A stretch of 64,000 nt of DNA from a virus. Lineage: Duplodnaviria; Caudoviricetes. The number at the start of each line of letters is the position of its first letter. The stretch's first letter is position 1. Of this stretch, positions 53,360-61,094 are shown one piece after another. The notes beneath the pieces were generated by a model. The model saw only the letters and a list, made by a program, of their open reading frames with translations. It had not been told where the DNA came from and ran no database searches. Where the stretch lies: the IMG/VR virus record IMGVR_UViG_3300037419_001469, positions 1-64,000 of that record, one strand, 5' to 3'. Made by a program: the position numbers and the translations under genes.

Positions 53360-54865
53360 ATGCCGAAACAGTTTGTGCTCCAGGATGTGATGTGGGCCGG
53401 GACGGAAGCGTCCCTGCACGCCTACATTCAATCGGCAACGGCCATTTCCGAGTTGCCTCCCGGCGCGCTGCCCGCGGGCCACCCGCAGGCGGACGCGAAT
53501 GCCGAGGCCGATCCGCTGCCTCCGGGCCTGGATATCCAGGGCGGCGTCGGCGTCGTCTCGGTCAATGGCTCGCTGGTGAACAAGGCGCAGTGGTGGCACA
53601 AGTATGAAAACGTCGCCTCGTATGAATCGATCCGCGAGGCGCTGATCGCCGCGGCAACGATGCCGGACGTGCGCGCCATCGTGCTCGACATCTCCTCCGG
53701 AGGCGGCGCGGTCGCCGGGCTGGCGGATCTGTCCTCGCTGATCCAGACCATTGACAACCAGATCAAGCCGGTCTATTCCTTCACCGATTCCGCGATGATG
53801 AGCGCGGCCTACTGGATCGGCGCCTCCGCACGCGAGGTCTACGCCTCGAACGTGGCCGCGGTCGGCTCCATTGGCGTGATCGCCACGCACATGGAGCAGA
53901 GCAAGCTGATGGAAAAGATCGGCATCACGCCGACCGTGCTGCGCGCCGGCAAATACAAGGCGCTGGCCAACAGCAACGAGCCGCTGACGGAGGCGGCAAA
54001 ACAACAGCTGCAGGACGGCCTTGACGCCCTGTACACCGTATTCGTGCAGCACGCGGCCGACGCGCGCGGCATGCCCTATGACGCTTTCGACAAGAAAGCC
54101 GCCCAGGGCCGGGAGTTTTACGGCCAGCAAGCGGTGGAGGCGGGGTTGGTCGATGGCATCACCTCCTTTGACGGCCTCATCTCAAAGGTGCAAACGGAGA
54201 TTGACAAAGCTCAATCTCTTTCTCAAAATCGAAGCATATTGACTACAGGAAATACTTCCATGCCTAAAGCTCTGACTGAGGCCGACATCGCGGCCCTGGC
54301 CGCAGGCGGGGCTGCCGCCCAAGCGTCTTCGGCGCCGGCGCAGGCCGCGGCTCCTGCCAATACCGACCCGGCTGCGCCGGCAGATGGCGCTGCACCGGCC
54401 TCCGCCTCCGCTCCGGCCGACACCACCCAAGCCTCTGCTCCGGCAGCGGCACCGGCTGCTGCGCCTGCGCCTGCTGCCGCGCCGGCTGCGCAAGCCGACG
54501 TGGTCAGCTTCCTGCAGGCGCAGGTCAAGGAAAAGGACACGGCCCTGCTGGCGGCCAACGTCGAGATCGCCGGCCTGAAGTCGCGCGCCGCCGATGGCGA
54601 GAGCGCGCTGTCCGGCTTGCTGGCGATTGCCGCGGCCTCGGTCAACAACATGCGCGTGGCCCTGGGCGGCACGGCAGCGGACTTCAGCGCGATGAGCGCG
54701 ACGCAGCTGCTGGCCGAGCACGCCAGCATCAAGGACACGTTCCAGTCCAAATTCAAGGTCGGCGGGGTCGCGGCAGTCAGCGCCACGGTGACCGAGAAGC
54801 CGACACCTGCAGCCTCCGATGTCACGCTGCAGCGCCTCGGCGCGGTCATGCAACCTTCCAAATAA
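53360..54865 (+). CDS. S49 (SppA/lambda C-like) prohead protease with C-terminal scaffold region
   Basis: IVLDISSGGG, MMSAAYWI, VGSIGV, AGKYK, AVEAGLVDGI; Ala/Pro-rich linker. Confidence 0.88.
   Translation: MPKQFVLQDVMWAGTEASLHAYIQSATAISELPPGALPAGHPQADANAEADPLPPGLDIQGGVGVVSVNGSLVNKAQWWHKYENVASYESIREALIAAATMPDVRAIVLDISSGGGAVAGLADLSSLIQTIDNQIKPVYSFTDSAMMSAAYWIGASAREVYASNVAAVGSIGVIATHMEQSKLMEKIGITPTVLRAGKYKALANSNEPLTEAAKQQLQDGLDALYTVFVQHAADARGMPYDAFDKKAAQGREFYGQQAVEAGLVDGITSFDGLISKVQTEIDKAQSLSQNRSILTTGNTSMPKALTEADIAALAAGGAAAQASSAPAQAAAPANTDPAAPADGAAPASASAPADTTQASAPAAAPAAAPAPAAAPAAQADVVSFLQAQVKEKDTALLAANVEIAGLKSRAADGESALSGLLAIAAASVNNMRVALGGTAADFSAMSATQLLAEHASIKDTFQSKFKVGGVAAVSATVTEKPTPAASDVTLQRLGAVMQPSK
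54201..54229 (+). promoter_or_regulatory. internal sigma70-like promoter
   Basis: TTGACA-17 nt-CAAAAT in AT-rich patch upstream of in-frame ATG 54260. Confidence 0.55.
54260..54865 (+). CDS. nested in-frame scaffold protein (Nu3-like)
   Basis: in frame with 53360 (offset 900), ACAGGA RBS, internal promoter. Confidence 0.6.
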   Translation: MPKALTEADIAALAAGGAAAQASSAPAQAAAPANTDPAAPADGAAPASASAPADTTQASAPAAAPAAAPAPAAAPAAQADVVSFLQAQVKEKDTALLAANVEIAGLKSRAADGESALSGLLAIAAASVNNMRVALGGTAADFSAMSATQLLAEHASIKDTFQSKFKVGGVAAVSATVTEKPTPAASDVTLQRLGAVMQPSK

Positions 54866-54880
54866 TCAAGGAGCATTCTC

Positions 54881-55354
54881 ATGGCAAAGTTTCAAATGAC
54901 CGAGCTGCTTGGCGCAGACGTGATCACCGCCCGCCTGGGCGGTGGTGCCGGTGCCCAATACCTGCTCAATGACAAGGATGTCAACAAGGCCGTGAAGCTG
55001 GCGGGCGATTCCCGCTACGACTTCTGCGCCGTGGGCGATCGCATCGAGGGTTTCATCACCTCGGTCGACACCGCCACCTCCGATGGCTACTCGACGGGCG
55101 GCGTCCAGACCGAAGACCGCAAGACCGTCGTGTTCGACGGCATCCAGGCGGACGGCACCGGCAACATCGCCGTGGGCGACTACGTCGTGGCCGGCACCCC
55201 GGTTGCGCTGAACACTGCGCTCACCGAAGCCGGTCCGCGCGTGCGCAAGGCCACCAGCCAAGCTTTCGCTGCCTTCGCCTGGCGCGTCGTGTCGATCCTG
55301 TCCGGGACCGGCGCGGCCGGCTCGGTCGGTGTCATCGAACGCGTCGACGGCTAA
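54881..55354 (+). CDS. head decoration/capsid stabilising protein
   Basis: AAGGAG RBS; position between scaffold and MCP; Gly-rich beta pattern. Confidence 0.65.
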   Translation: MAKFQMTELLGADVITARLGGGAGAQYLLNDKDVNKAVKLAGDSRYDFCAVGDRIEGFITSVDTATSDGYSTGGVQTEDRKTVVFDGIQADGTGNIAVGDYVVAGTPVALNTALTEAGPRVRKATSQAFAAFAWRVVSILSGTGAAGSVGVIERVDG

Positions 55355-55391
55355 TCCCGGCGATCCCCCACATCCACAGGAGCCTATTACC

Positions 55392-56570
55392 ATGCCAGCA
55401 TTCATCGACGCAAACGGCCAGGTACAGCAAGTCCAACTCGAAGTTGGCATGTACCGCACCGCGCACGACCAGGGCTTGACCCTGCCGCAGTACCTGAACC
55501 GCCAGTACCCGACCGCAGCCGGCCAGCCGAAGGCGTTCGAGCAGCTGTGCGCTTCCGAGGGCATCTTCCTGAAGCCGAACAAGGATACCGGCGTGCGTCC
55601 GGCGTCCATGCACGAGATCATGAACGGCTCGCCGCAGGCGGCCGGCACGATCCTGAAGGAAGGCGTCCCGGCGTCGCGCATTCTGTTCCCCTCGGCCTAC
55701 CTGACCGCCATCGAAGACAAGCTGGTGCCGGACTACACCCAGGCCGCCGCCACCTTCGACACGCTGGTCGCGATCGACGACTCGATCAACAACGACCGCT
55801 TCGAGCGTCCGGTGCTGAACTTCAGCCGCCCGGAAGGCGCTCGCAGCATGGCGGTCACGCAGCTGGCCATGCCGAACACGATGCTGGCGATCACCGCGCA
55901 TGACGTGATGCGCAAGATCCCGGTGCGCTCGCTCGGCCTGGAGATTTCCGAGCAGGCGATGAAGGCGACTTCCTTCGACATCGTCGGCCTGTCGCTCGCG
56001 CGCCAGGCGATGGTCGAGCGCAACGAGCGCGCGAACCAGCACATCCTCGCCTTGCTCAACGGCGACCCGGACATCGGTGACGTCGCGCTGTCGACCATCA
56101 CCGACAAGGTCGTCAAGGCCAAGGACCTGGATGCGAGCATCACCGATGCCGGCAAGCTGACGCAGACTGCCTGGATCAAGTGGCTCGCGCGCAATGCCCT
56201 GAAGCGCAAGATCACCCACGTCATCACCGACCTCGACGGCGCGATGGCCATCGAGAACCGCCAGGGTCGCCCGGTCATCACCCAGGACAACCCGACCAGC
56301 CCGCGCATCGACACGATCGGCCAGGTGCTGAACCCGTCGTGGGAGCCGGAAGTGAAAATCTTCCTGTCGACCGACCCGAACTGGCCGGCTGGCACGATCA
56401 TGGGTATCGACCAGCGCTATGGCATCCACCGCGTGACCTCGCTGACCGCGACCTACGAAGCGATCGAAGCGCTGGTGATGCGCCGCTCGACGCAGATGCG
56501 CTTCGACGTGGGCGACATCGCCTACAGGTTGTTTGACGAAGCCTTCGAGGTACTGACCCTGACCCTGTAA
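55392..56570 (+). CDS. major capsid protein
   Basis: 392 aa, optimal codons, AGGAG RBS, followed by terminator. Confidence 0.8.
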   Translation: MPAFIDANGQVQQVQLEVGMYRTAHDQGLTLPQYLNRQYPTAAGQPKAFEQLCASEGIFLKPNKDTGVRPASMHEIMNGSPQAAGTILKEGVPASRILFPSAYLTAIEDKLVPDYTQAAATFDTLVAIDDSINNDRFERPVLNFSRPEGARSMAVTQLAMPNTMLAITAHDVMRKIPVRSLGLEISEQAMKATSFDIVGLSLARQAMVERNERANQHILALLNGDPDIGDVALSTITDKVVKAKDLDASITDAGKLTQTAWIKWLARNALKRKITHVITDLDGAMAIENRQGRPVITQDNPTSPRIDTIGQVLNPSWEPEVKIFLSTDPNWPAGTIMGIDQRYGIHRVTSLTATYEAIEALVMRRSTQMRFDVGDIAYRLFDEAFEVLTLTL

Positions 56571-56594
56571 TGCGGCCCGGGTAACGCAGAGACG

Positions 56595-56622
56595 AAAAGG
56601 GAGCCCTCTGCGGCTCCCTTTT
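56595..56622 (+). terminator. intrinsic terminator, possibly bidirectional
   Basis: AAAAGGGAGCC/GGCTCCCTTTT. Confidence 0.85.
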
Positions 56623-56650
56623 TACCAACTTCACACTCAGTGGGAATCCC

Positions 56651-56917
56651 ATGCCAGAAATTGAAAAGAACGTCGAGGTGCCTGCCGATGGCGCAGCCGC
56701 TGCCGCCCCCGCCGCCAAGCCCGCCGCCAAGCCGGCAGCGAAAGCCGCGCCCGCGGCCGAAGCGCCTGCCAAGGAGGGCAAGTTCATTGCCGTCCACGGC
56801 GGCCCGATGATCGACCCGGCCTCGGGTATCGCCTTCACCAACGAGCCGAAGGTCTCCGTCGAGACCGGATGGGTCAAGCACCAACTGCAGCACAAGAAGC
56901 TCGCGCGCGTGGAGTAA
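56651..56917 (+). CDS. small virion-associated protein with PAAK repeats
   Basis: position after MCP; low-complexity N-terminus. Confidence 0.6.
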   Translation: MPEIEKNVEVPADGAAAAAPAAKPAAKPAAKAAPAAEAPAKEGKFIAVHGGPMIDPASGIAFTNEPKVSVETGWVKHQLQHKKLARVE

Positions 56918-56920
56918 CGC

Positions 56921-57412
56921 ATGGACCTGCTCGATTACACCGACTACGACAACGTGCGCTCGCTGTTGGGCGTCAACGCCAAGGAAGTCGCGGACGCGAC
57001 GATCGGCCTGGAGGTGTATTCGAACGGCTTGCTGCTGGACTTGCAGGACATCGCCGCCGCGATCCCGGCGCGCTACCTGGCGGTCGATGAAACCCAGGAG
57101 GCGGACCGCACGGCGGAGGAAGCCCGGTTCTACATGACCGCGCGCACCTTCGCCGCCTATTCCGTCGCCAAGCTGCTGACGACGTCCTTGCCGATGTTCG
57201 CGCCGAAGGAAATTTCGGATAGCAAGACCTTGCTCGGCCGCTTCGCCGCCAACCCGTATGCCGACACCATCCTCAAGGTCGAGGAGGGCTTTGCGCTGAA
57301 CCGGCAGCGACTCATCGCCGCCTTCAATACCCTGATCACGCCACCCGACGCGCCGCCGCGCACCTGGCTGGCGATCTCGTCGCCGTCGTCCGACCCGGTG
57401 ACCGGCACATGA
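56921..57412 (+). CDS. head-tail connector/adaptor
   Basis: position and size; Y...D.VR..LG pattern. Confidence 0.55.
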   Translation: MDLLDYTDYDNVRSLLGVNAKEVADATIGLEVYSNGLLLDLQDIAAAIPARYLAVDETQEADRTAEEARFYMTARTFAAYSVAKLLTTSLPMFAPKEISDSKTLLGRFAANPYADTILKVEEGFALNRQRLIAAFNTLITPPDAPPRTWLAISSPSSDPVTGT

Positions 57413-58251
57413 TGACCCTCTACGATGCGGCGTCGTATTTCAACGACGACCAGTTCCTCGATGCCTACGGCGGCGACGGCGCGTTTGCCGGCCGCCTCGA
57501 GCCCTACCCGGACACGATGCGCGACTCGCTCGTGACCGAGCGCCGCATCCTGATCACCGCGCCCGACACCGAGATCCCGCCGCGGCGCACCGTCACCCTG
57601 GGCGACCAGGTCTGGCTGATTGGCACGATGTCGGCCGACACCCACCGCGGCCGGGTGCTGCGCAACAAATACATCGTGCATCGTGCCGACGACAGCGCGG
57701 CGGTCGGCACCTTTGCCGACGTGCTGGCCGGCGCGCCCCTGACCACGCTGTGGGCTTCGCTGCTGTGGGTAAAGGAGTGGCGGGATTCACAGGAGTCCTC
57801 GGCCATGACCGGGGAATTCAACCTGTTCTTCGGCGCGACCGAGTCGGCCCTGCTCGGCAAATACACGCTGGCGCGCGTAAAAAACCGCTGGTATATCCAC
57901 CGCGCCGCGTATGACGCGGCGGGCGGCGTGCTGGTGTCGATTGCCGACGAGCTGCCCGGCAACGTGCTGGTCGACGCGGCCTACAACACGGTGACCTACA
58001 ACCCGAAGACGGATGTCCGGACGACATCGGCGTCCACGATCAAGGCCCTGTTCATCCGCTGGCAGAGCCACTTCCGCTACTTCTCGGATGCCTCCGCCAC
58101 GTACCAGCCGGGCGATGTAAAACTGGTCATCCTGAAGGCGGCGCTGACCCCGAAGGCGGGAGATACCGTCACCGCCGAGGGCCTGCCCTTCCGCGTCATC
58201 GAGGTGGCCGACGAGGGAGACTGTTGGGGCTTGCATATCCGCCATGCTTGA
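57409..58251 (+). CDS. head closure/neck protein (putative)
   Basis: position; C-terminal P..GD.V...G..F.V..V beta-barrel-like pattern. Confidence 0.5.
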   Translation: MMTLYDAASYFNDDQFLDAYGGDGAFAGRLEPYPDTMRDSLVTERRILITAPDTEIPPRRTVTLGDQVWLIGTMSADTHRGRVLRNKYIVHRADDSAAVGTFADVLAGAPLTTLWASLLWVKEWRDSQESSAMTGEFNLFFGATESALLGKYTLARVKNRWYIHRAAYDAAGGVLVSIADELPGNVLVDAAYNTVTYNPKTDVRTTSASTIKALFIRWQSHFRYFSDASATYQPGDVKLVILKAALTPKAGDTVTAEGLPFRVIEVADEGDCWGLHIRHA

Positions 58252-58756
58252 GATCAAGAATAAAGCGCAGGTGTTCCGGCAGATGGACGACTGGCTGGCC
58301 GCCGTCGAGGCGGAAATCGTCGCCGTGGCCAAGGGCATGGCGAGAGAGGCGCTGGCCGTGCTGCTGGAAAACTCGCCGCAGTACAGCGGCGACTTCGCCG
58401 CGAACTGGAACATCAGCATCGGGGAAAAGGATGTGTCGTTTCAGCCGCTGCTGTTCGGGGACGACAAGGCGTTTCCTTCGAAAGACCCGTTCATTGCCGG
58501 CGATGCCCCGGCGATCTCGTATGCGCTGGCGCACAACGCCGGCCGGCTCGACGGCTTCCAGCTCGGGCAAACGATCTGGATCACGAATGCTGCCGCGCAC
58601 GACCAGGATTACGCCTGGATGATCGAGAACAACCTGATCAAGTTCAGGGATGGCAACGCGGGCGAGCCGGTGTTCCACGCGCTGCAGCACCTGCAGATCC
58701 GCTACGGCACGATTGATAAAAGCCGCGCACAGCAGCTGACGGGAGGATTGACGTGA
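58244..58756 (+). CDS. tail completion protein (HK97 gp10-like, putative)
   Basis: SPQYSGDFAANW...IWITN...YA pattern. Confidence 0.6.
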   Translation: MLEIKNKAQVFRQMDDWLAAVEAEIVAVAKGMAREALAVLLENSPQYSGDFAANWNISIGEKDVSFQPLLFGDDKAFPSKDPFIAGDAPAISYALAHNAGRLDGFQLGQTIWITNAAAHDQDYAWMIENNLIKFRDGNAGEPVFHALQHLQIRYGTIDKSRAQQLTGGLT

Positions 58757-59160
58757 ATATGACACAGATGCGCGACGCGCTCGTGGCGAAGCTCGAAGAC
58801 GATTTCGTCGCACAGCATGCCATGACGGTCGTCTATGACAATGCAGGCGAGATCGACCTGGACCATGTCACCAGCCCGTTCCTGAACGTCAGCTTCACGT
58901 TTTACGGGGCAGTACAATCTTGCTTGGGGGAATCCCCATTTCATCGCACGCATGGTAGCATGCGGATAATTCTTATGAGCAAGTCCGGTACGGGCTTGCG
59001 CGAGCGGCTGGTGCTGATGGATGCGCTGACCGAGCTATTCAAATTTCAGGTGTTGGGCGGGCTTCACGTCCAGGTTCCCACGCCGGGTAGAACCGCGGAA
59101 CAAAACGGCTGGCACAGCGCCACGCTCCTCGTTCCCTTCTTTGCAGATTCCAACGCATAA
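58753..59160 (+). CDS. tail terminator (putative)
   Basis: position before tail tube; V.YDN...G pattern. Confidence 0.6.
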   Translation: MNMTQMRDALVAKLEDDFVAQHAMTVVYDNAGEIDLDHVTSPFLNVSFTFYGAVQSCLGESPFHRTHGSMRIILMSKSGTGLRERLVLMDALTELFKFQVLGGLHVQVPTPGRTAEQNGWHSATLLVPFFADSNA

Positions 59161-59175
59161 CCCGACGAGGACCAC

Positions 59176-60114
59176 ATGGCTACCACCCCACTCGCAACGA
59201 CTGCACTGGCGCAGCTGCGCTACATCAAGGAAACCGACTTCGGCGTGATCCCGGCTGCGGGCAACCCGAAAAACCTGCGCATGACCGGCGAGTCGCTGGC
59301 CTTCTCGCTGTCGAAGACCGAATCCGCCGAGATCCGCGCCGACCGCCAGACCACCGACCTGGTGCTGACCTCGGCATCGGCCTCCGGCGCCGTGAACTAC
59401 GAGCTGTCGTATGCGGAATTCGACGACTTCCTCGAAGCCGTGCTGTTCGGCACCTGGGCCGGCAACGTGCTGGTCAACGGCGTGACCCAACGCTCGTTCA
59501 CCATCGAGCGCGCACTGAACGACGTGAACCAGTTCTTTGCCTTCCGCGGCATGACGCTGTCGAAGATGTCGATGAAATGGCAGTCCGGTTCGATCACGGG
59601 CGGCTCGTTCGACTTCATGGGCAAGGATGCGGTGCGTGCCGGCGCGACCCAACTGCCGGGCTCCCCGATCGCGTCGCAGACCTTCGACGTGATGAATGGC
59701 GTGTCCGGCGTGACCGGCATCAAGGAAGGTGGCGCGGCGCTGGCCGGCACCTTCATCAAGTCGCTGGACCTGTCGATCGACAACAGCCTGCGCGCCCGCG
59801 ACGCGATCGGCACCCTGGGCGCGGTGTCGATCGGCGCCGGCACGATCAAGGTCACCGGCAACATCTCGGTGTATTTGTCGGACGGTACGCTCTACGACAA
59901 ATTCCTGAACAACACCTCGACCTCGCTGGAGTTCACCAGCCAGGACGGCGCGGGCAACGGCTACACGATCCTGCTGCCGCACGTCAAATACGGCGATGCG
60001 AAAGTTGCCGCTGGACAAAAAGATCAGGACGTGATGCTGGATCTGCCGTTCACTGCGCTGATGGATTCCGTGTCCGGCAACACGATCCAGATCACCAAGG
60101 TCGCCGCGGGCTGA
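59176..60114 (+). CDS. major tail tube protein
   Basis: LRYIKE..FGV.P...LRMTGESL...S.EIR.DR pattern; GAGGA RBS; terminator after. Confidence 0.85.
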   Translation: MATTPLATTALAQLRYIKETDFGVIPAAGNPKNLRMTGESLAFSLSKTESAEIRADRQTTDLVLTSASASGAVNYELSYAEFDDFLEAVLFGTWAGNVLVNGVTQRSFTIERALNDVNQFFAFRGMTLSKMSMKWQSGSITGGSFDFMGKDAVRAGATQLPGSPIASQTFDVMNGVSGVTGIKEGGAALAGTFIKSLDLSIDNSLRARDAIGTLGAVSIGAGTIKVTGNISVYLSDGTLYDKFLNNTSTSLEFTSQDGAGNGYTILLPHVKYGDAKVAAGQKDQDVMLDLPFTALMDSVSGNTIQITKVAAG

Positions 60115-60140
60115 TCGAGGCGGCTGTTGCCGCTGCCCAA

Positions 60141-60170
60141 GAGGCCGCCTCCGGGCGGCCTCTGTTTTTC
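60141..60170 (+). terminator. intrinsic terminator
   Basis: GAGGCCGCC-TCCG-GGCGGCCTC then TGTTTTT. Confidence 0.8.
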
Positions 60171-60199
60171 TCGACAGGGTTTTTGCCTGGAGGTAAGAT
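60171..60199 (+). promoter_or_regulatory. sigma70-like promoter
   Basis: TCGACA-17 nt-TAAGAT. Confidence 0.6.
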
Positions 60200-60258
60200 T
60201 GCGCGGTCTTTGACGAAGACGCAGTGCTTATCCAGATACCTTGACTAGGAGAACTTTC

Positions 60259-60669
60259 ATGCTCGATCTCTTTTCCCAATTTGCCACCGATGCCCAAGCC
60301 GAACTCAACGGCGTGCGGGTCCCGTACCAGGGCGTCGTGTTCATCATCGCCCGCTCGGGCAACAAGCGTTACGGCAAGCTGCTGGCCGAAAAATTCAAGA
60401 AGCACCAGGTGCAGCTGGAGCTGAAGGACGACGCCGCCGACGAGCTGTCCGACAAGCTGATGGCCGAGATCATGGCCGAGACCATCCTGCTCGGATGGGA
60501 AGGCGACATCGGCTACAAGGGTGAAAAACTCGCCTATTCGAAGGAAAACGCGGTCAAGGTGCTGATGCACCCGGACTTCCGCGCCTTCATCAGCAAGCTG
60601 GCCGACGATCGCGAGAAATTCCGCGCCGACGCCATCGACGAGAAGGTGGGAAACTCCGCAGCGTCCTGA
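60259..60669 (+). CDS. tail assembly chaperone (G)
   Basis: AGGAGA RBS; between tube and TMP; slippery GGGAAAC near end. Confidence 0.8.
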   Translation: MLDLFSQFATDAQAELNGVRVPYQGVVFIIARSGNKRYGKLLAEKFKKHQVQLELKDDAADELSDKLMAEIMAETILLGWEGDIGYKGEKLAYSKENAVKVLMHPDFRAFISKLADDREKFRADAIDEKVGNSAAS

Positions 60670-61004
60670 CCTGGGAAATGCAGTGGGGCAGCTCGGTCAA
60701 ATCCCTGCTGGAGATCAAGAAGGCCAGCGGCAAGACGCCCCTGGCCTTGCTGAACCGCCCCCTGCTGCGCGCTGACTGCCTGGACTGCAAGAAGGCGTTC
60801 CACTTGCTGTCTGGCCAGCGGCAATCCGACCAGACCGGGCCGCAACCGATCGCGATCTCGGAAATCGAGTCGTACCTGCGCTTGAAGCGCATCGACGACG
60901 AGGACGAGATCGACACCTACCTCGAAGCCATCACCGCCCTCGATGCGCTGTGGCTGGAGAACGTGCGCGAGAAGATGGCGCAGGCGATCAAAAGTCCCAC
61001 TTAG
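60648..61004 (+). CDS. tail chaperone T segment reached by -1 frameshift (G-T fusion)
   Basis: G GGA AAC at 60648-60654; -1 frame is continuous with ORF 60678-61004. Confidence 0.75.
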   Translation, partial: GKLRSVLTWEMQWGSSVKSLLEIKKASGKTPLALLNRPLLRADCLDCKKAFHLLSGQRQSDQTGPQPIAISEIESYLRLKRIDDEDEIDTYLEAITALDALWLENVREKMAQAIKSPT

Positions 61005-61094
61005 TGGGGATTCCCACTGAGTGGGATTTTGTTTCCTACCGGGAAGAATTGCCTGGTGATAATATCGACCTATCCCCGTTGACCATCCGCCATC

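Larger units (their letters stand above)
2502..61023. repeat. 15 perfect dispersed copies of palindrome CACTNAGTG (extended consensus YCMCACTNAGTGKGR)
   Basis: cores at 2502, 4708, 7464, 18775, 21180, 22718, 29435, 34154, 41156, 48425, 50009, 53126, 56634, 60998, 61015. Confidence 0.92.

Noticed and set aside
2502-61023. CACTNAGTG as simply restriction sites (it contains DraIII and DdeI sequences)
   Set aside because: Restriction pressure would deplete rather than enrich sites, and the conserved symmetric flanks extend beyond those recognition sequences
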